Below are positions 59,944 to 64,000 of a stretch of 64,000 nt of DNA, one piece after another. The position numbers and the translations under genes were made by a program. Each line of letters starts with the position of its first letter. The stretch's first letter is position 1. The notes beneath the pieces were generated by a model. The model worked only from the letters and a program-made list of their open reading frames with translations, was not told the DNA's origin and made no database searches. The stretch is from a bacterium (GTDB lineage Bacteria; SAR324; JACQKK01), in NCBI GenBank assembly GCA_965240465.1, contig OZ251219.1:160001-224000 (forward strand), read 5' to 3'.

Positions 59944-61842
59944 CTAAACCTTACGCTTAAAGCGGCGTTCTAGCTCATTGGGAGAAAGTTCCACCCAAAT
60001 AGGCCTGCCATGGGGGCAGTAGAGAGTAATATCCAACCTGCTAAGTTCATCCAAAATTTCTTGCATTATAGTCGTAGAGAGTTGGTCACCAGCACGAATG
60101 GCAGCATGACAAGCACCCGAACGAAGTATTTCATTAAACACTTCTTCCAAGTGCCCACTTTTGCCAAACAGAGCTAGCTCATCCAGTACTTCCAGCACCA
60201 TATCCTTTATGTTTATGCCCGACAAAATAGCTGGAATCTGACGAACTAAGCTGGTACTGGAACCAAATTGGTCTATCTCAAACCCCATCTTCTTCCACTG
60301 AGGTAAATACTGCTCTAGCAATAGAGCATTTTGCGAACTTAATTCAATGGAAAAAGGAATTAAAAGTAACTTGGACACAATACCATTACGATAAAACTGA
60401 TGGCGATAATGCTCAAACAAGATGCGTTCATGGGCTGCGTGTTGATCAATCAGCAGCAAGGAGTGCTCCCGCTGAGCAATGATATAGCTGAAGTCAAACT
60501 GAGTCAGCAATGTTAAACCTTTTTCTAAAAAGCCCGGTTGAGGGCTAGGGTCTTCAGCTGGCATCCGATGCTTACTAAGAGATGCATCAGGCTGGATGTT
60601 TTTAGTCAGGGGTTGAAAGTGAAAGTTCTTGGTTTGGGGTAGCTCGCTTTTACTTTCATCAACAGAAGCCGCTGGATCTGATGTATCAGATCTTTGGAAG
60701 TCAGAATGAGTGGTGCTTAACTCACTATGTTCAACAGAAGCTAGGAAAGGCTCAGCAGGCGGAGAATCCCAATTGCTGGCTAAGGAGGTAGCATGGTCTT
60801 TGACTGTTGATGATAAAGTAGGGCTGTCGCTACCTAGCATTTCAGATCGGGTGAGAGATTTCAGCTGATTATGCAAGCGGGTAGTAAGCACAGAATAGAT
60901 TCGCTGGGGTTGCAACAAGCGTACTTCCGATTTGGTAGGATGTACGTTCACGTCTACTTGATCGGGCGGAAGGGAAATTTTCATTACAAAGGCAGAGAAT
61001 TTTCCTCCCATCAACATGGTGCGATAGGCCTGCTGGATAGCAAATGAAAGGCGAACGTCTTTCACACCCCGACAATTGATAAACAAATGCTGCCAGCGGC
61101 GATTCGGTTTGCTATAGCTGGGGTGGGACATCATGGATTTGAACTGAAAAGCGGGATCCTTCCCCTCAATGGGTAACATTTGTGAGCCCATGGTGCGTCC
61201 AAATACCTGCTGAACCCTTTCTTTCAAGCTGGTAGCTGGAGGCCAATCCCAAATAGAGCGGCCATTGTGCCGAAGATGGAGGCTAAGATGTTCATGAGCT
61301 AATGCCAGCTGAATCAGTACCTGCTGAATGTGATGCAGCTCGGTGGATGCCGAACGGAGAAACTTACGCCTGGCAGGAAGATTGTAAAAAAGCTCTGCTA
61401 CCTTCACCCAACAACCCTTAGGCAAAGATACAACCTCTGTCTTTATAGAACCTCCCTCGCTTAATTTTACACAAATAGCTGGCTCGGATTCATCCACACA
61501 GGTATGCAACTGAAATCTGGAAACCGAGGAAATAGCTGATAAAGCCTCACCTCTAAAACCCAAGGTTCCAATGTTATCTAAATCTTGGGCAGTCTGAATC
61601 TTGCTAGTAGCATATCTTTTCACCGACATTACGGCATCCTCTTCCGACATCCCTCTACCATTATCTCTCACCGAGATTAAACGCTTTCCGCCCTCTTCTA
61701 ATTCTACCCACACCTCAGACGAACCAGCATCCAAAGCATTCTCCACTAACTCTTTCACCACCGCTGAAGGACGCTCCACTACCTCCCCTGCCGCAATGTG
61801 ATTAACTATCTCTTCAGGCAAAACTCGAATACAAGGTGCCAT
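59944..61842 (-). CDS. mutL: DNA mismatch repair endonuclease MutL
   Basis: IAAGEVVERP, KELVENALDAG, GFRGEAL, DVNVHP; endonuclease motifs DQHAAHERILFE, ACH, CPHGRP. ATG 61842 follows GGAGG. Confidence 0.97.
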   Translation of the reverse strand: MAPCIRVLPEEIVNHIAAGEVVERPSAVVKELVENALDAGSSEVWVELEEGGKRLISVRDNGRGMSEEDAVMSVKRYATSKIQTAQDLDNIGTLGFRGEALSAISSVSRFQLHTCVDESEPAICVKLSEGGSIKTEVVSLPKGCWVKVAELFYNLPARRKFLRSASTELHHIQQVLIQLALAHEHLSLHLRHNGRSIWDWPPATSLKERVQQVFGRTMGSQMLPIEGKDPAFQFKSMMSHPSYSKPNRRWQHLFINCRGVKDVRLSFAIQQAYRTMLMGGKFSAFVMKISLPPDQVDVNVHPTKSEVRLLQPQRIYSVLTTRLHNQLKSLTRSEMLGSDSPTLSSTVKDHATSLASNWDSPPAEPFLASVEHSELSTTHSDFQRSDTSDPAASVDESKSELPQTKNFHFQPLTKNIQPDASLSKHRMPAEDPSPQPGFLEKGLTLLTQFDFSYIIAQREHSLLLIDQHAAHERILFEHYRHQFYRNGIVSKLLLIPFSIELSSQNALLLEQYLPQWKKMGFEIDQFGSSTSLVRQIPAILSGINIKDMVLEVLDELALFGKSGHLEEVFNEILRSGACHAAIRAGDQLSTTIMQEILDELSRLDITLYCPHGRPIWVELSPNELERRFKRKV

Positions 61843-62088
61843 CACTCCTCCTTGAAATCCTTCCCACACTTCAAACCAACTAAATGGTAATCATAATGAT
61901 AATTGTATTTATACACTCTCTTACACTGAGTTGTTTCCATTATTTACTGCTCATTTGCAAATAACTCTATCTTTTATCCTAAAAAAGAATACCAGATAGT
62001 TTGCTAATCTTGCCAAGCAGTAAGTAAAATGAATATGACATGCTCCCCCTTTAGGGTCTATAATCTTAAAACCGCTAGAAAAATCTAG

Positions 62089-63129
62089 ATGCATCTCTTA
62101 AACAAGCTTAGCCATGACTTAAAAACCGTGCAACAGGTTGCTCTTGGTGAGTTATCAACTATCACCAGCCGTGATGAAATAAGCAAGTGGCATCGGCGTT
62201 ATCTGGGACGCAAAGGGCAACTGACTATTGCCCTTCGTCAATTAAGAGAACTATCAGGCGATGAACGCCCTCGGGCAGGTGAGCTGGCTAATCAGATAAA
62301 AGAAAAGCTCCAACAAGCCATGAATGAGCATCAGCGAGCTTTGTATGATCAGGATTTAGGACGCAAGCTGGAGGAAAAATTAGATGTTAGTTTGCCGGGT
62401 AGACAGCCTGCAATAGGGCATTTGCATTTATCCACCCAAACACTTAGACGCATGACGAATATTTTTTCGGAGCTGGGATTTCAAGTATATCAATCACCAG
62501 AGGTGGAGACAGATGAATTTAATTTTGGTTTATTGAACATTCCGCCTTATCATCCAGCCCGTGATATGTGGGATACCTTCTGGCTGGATAAAAAAGATTA
62601 TCTGCTACGCACCCACACTTCTCCAGGACAGATCCATGCCATGCGAGAATATGCCCCCAATGATGTCCGAGTAATACTGCCCGGCAAGTGTTATCGCTAT
62701 GAGGCAGTAAGTGCCCGAGCCGAGCATCAATTCTTTCAATTGGAGGGACTGGCAATAGGAAAACAGATCTGTTTGACAGATTTGCTGGGTACCCTGCACC
62801 ATTTTGCAGAGAGTTTTTATGGCTTAGGACGACGCATGCGAATTAGGGGAAGTTATTTTCCTTTTACTGAACCCTCCATTGAGGTAGACATTGATTGCAT
62901 ACTGTGCCAAGCCGAGGGCTGTCGGGTATGCAAATATTCGGGCTGGCTGGAGGTAGCCGGAGCTGGCATGGTGCATCCCAAGGTACTGCAAAATGGCGGT
63001 TATGACCCTGAGGAAATCAGCGGGTTTGCCTTTGGTTTGGGAATAGAGAGACCAGCCATGCAGCTTCATGGGGTGGAAGACATTCGTTGTTTTTACCAAA
63101 ATGACTTACGCTTCCATCGCCAATTTTAG
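62089..63129 (+). CDS. pheS: Phenylalanine-tRNA ligase alpha subunit
   Basis: HPARDMWDTF, LLRTHTSPGQ, FFQLEG, YFPFTEPS, GMVHP, GFAFGLGIER. Confidence 0.98.
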   Translation: MHLLNKLSHDLKTVQQVALGELSTITSRDEISKWHRRYLGRKGQLTIALRQLRELSGDERPRAGELANQIKEKLQQAMNEHQRALYDQDLGRKLEEKLDVSLPGRQPAIGHLHLSTQTLRRMTNIFSELGFQVYQSPEVETDEFNFGLLNIPPYHPARDMWDTFWLDKKDYLLRTHTSPGQIHAMREYAPNDVRVILPGKCYRYEAVSARAEHQFFQLEGLAIGKQICLTDLLGTLHHFAESFYGLGRRMRIRGSYFPFTEPSIEVDIDCILCQAEGCRVCKYSGWLEVAGAGMVHPKVLQNGGYDPEEISGFAFGLGIERPAMQLHGVEDIRCFYQNDLRFHRQF

Positions 63130-63162
63130 TAGCCACTTTTGGCAATCACTTTTAGTAGCCAC
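63124..63162. repeat. Tandem direct repeat, 3 x 13 bp, at the pheS stop and pheS-pheT spacer
   Basis: TTTTAGTAGCCAC / TTTTGGCAATCAC / TTTTAGTAGCCAC; the middle copy differs by four transitions. Confidence 0.85.
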
Positions 63163-63205
63163 TGCGAGACCGCGTTTTTTCCTTTTTATTGCTCCTGTTT
63201 TAGTA

Positions 63206-64000
63206 ATGCCTTTACGGATACCTTATTCTTGGCTGGAGACCTATGTATCTCCTCTGCCGCCGCCCGATGAATTGGCGGAACGCCTAACCACAGCTGGATT
63301 AGAAGTGGAGACCATAGAGCGTATCGGAGCTGATTGGGATCAGGATAAACTGGTAGTAGGGGAAATTCTCTCGGTAAGCAAACATCCTCAGGCAGACCGC
63401 CTTTGCTTGGTAGAGGTTAGCTCGGGCAAAGGAAAACAGCTGACCATCGTAACTGGTGCTACCAATATAATGTCCCTGATGAACACTAAACCTGTTGGGG
63501 GTGCAAGCTTGGGTAAGGCTCCCCTAGCACTATCAGGGGCCAGGTTGATTGACCCCTATTCAGCTACCGCAGAGAAGAAACCCCTCCAGCCCAGTCGCAT
63601 TCGGGGTATTCTTTCAGAAGGCATGTTGTGCTCAGAGAAAGAACTGGGACTAGGCAATGAACATGAGGGTATTCTATTGCTACCCCCAGAAACCAAAGTG
63701 GGCACCCCGCTAACAGATGTCTATGGCGATACGGTATTGGTGTTTGATATTAAGGGCAGTTTTGGACACCTTCTCAGCGTTCAAGGGGTGGCTAGAGAAG
63801 CAAAAGCCATCTTGGGTACGATTGATAAATCAGCTGAAAAGCTGGTGAAAAGCAAATCAAAAACCTACACCGAGCAACACATAGATGAACAAATTTCATC
63901 CCTTTCGGCACCTTCATTTTTCTCATCCATTGCGAATTGCACCTCGTTTTTAGAACTTAGCATCAAAGACCCCCAGTGGTGTTCTCGTTATAGTGCGGTA
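63206..64000 (+). CDS. pheT: Phenylalanine-tRNA ligase beta subunit (runs off the window; absent from the ORF track)
   Basis: Manual translation from ATG 63206: IPYSWL, LTTAGLEVE, HPQADRL, IVTGATN, IRGILSEGMLCSEKELG, GVAREA; follows pheS. Confidence 0.95.
   Translation, partial: MPLRIPYSWLETYVSPLPPPDELAERLTTAGLEVETIERIGADWDQDKLVVGEILSVSKHPQADRLCLVEVSSGKGKQLTIVTGATNIMSLMNTKPVGGASLGKAPLALSGARLIDPYSATAEKKPLQPSRIRGILSEGMLCSEKELGLGNEHEGILLLPPETKVGTPLTDVYGDTVLVFDIKGSFGHLLSVQGVAREAKAILGTIDKSAEKLVKSKSKTYTEQHIDEQISSLSAPSFFSSIANCTSFLELSIKDPQWCSRYSAV

Noticed and set aside
61870-62088. pheM-type leader peptide or T-box before pheS
   Set aside because: The short upstream ORF has a single Phe codon, and I saw no T-box or attenuator structure.
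929-63099. Numerous 60-145 aa ORFs antisense to or nested in rpoBC, dnaK, hisD-like, ligA, hldE and others
   Set aside because: They have no recognisable motifs and lie wholly within well-supported genes, as expected for shadow ORFs.

Overview
Bacterial chromosomal window, almost entirely coding. Its housekeeping proteins look Gram-negative and deltaproteobacterial or SAR324-like; this is an inference, as no search was run. It contains a partial tupA, rpoC-rpoB, ribF, a rhodanese-NifU fusion, a minus-strand envelope/transport block (two YHS proteins, two cytochromes c, MATE, LtaS-family protein, heterodimeric ABC exporter), an EgtD-like methyltransferase, pal-tolQRAB-cpoB-hisD-like-fmt, a CIRCE-controlled hrcA-grpE-dnaK-dnaJ operon, thiS-thiG, htpX, coaBC, two orphan parA genes, nusB-ligA-trkA, lptC, lspA, degP, hldE, lpdA, a diguanylate cyclase, mutL and pheS-pheT (partial). 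I saw no rRNA, tRNA, CRISPR array or mobile element. The main findings are: (1) the two 'split' moeB ORFs are one reading frame with an in-frame TGA at the conserved Cys position, a probable selenocysteine MoeB/ThiF-rhodanese; (2) a full-length HisD homologue has lost its catalytic pair and three of four Zn ligands and lies inside the tol-pal run; (3) a PAS/pseudo-histidine-kinase/REC/GGDEF protein; (4) 14-bp repeats forming chained mini-ORFs in the hrcA leader; (5) unusual substitutions in RpoB, LigA and PheT, scrambled gene order, and kilobase-scale flips in GC skew.
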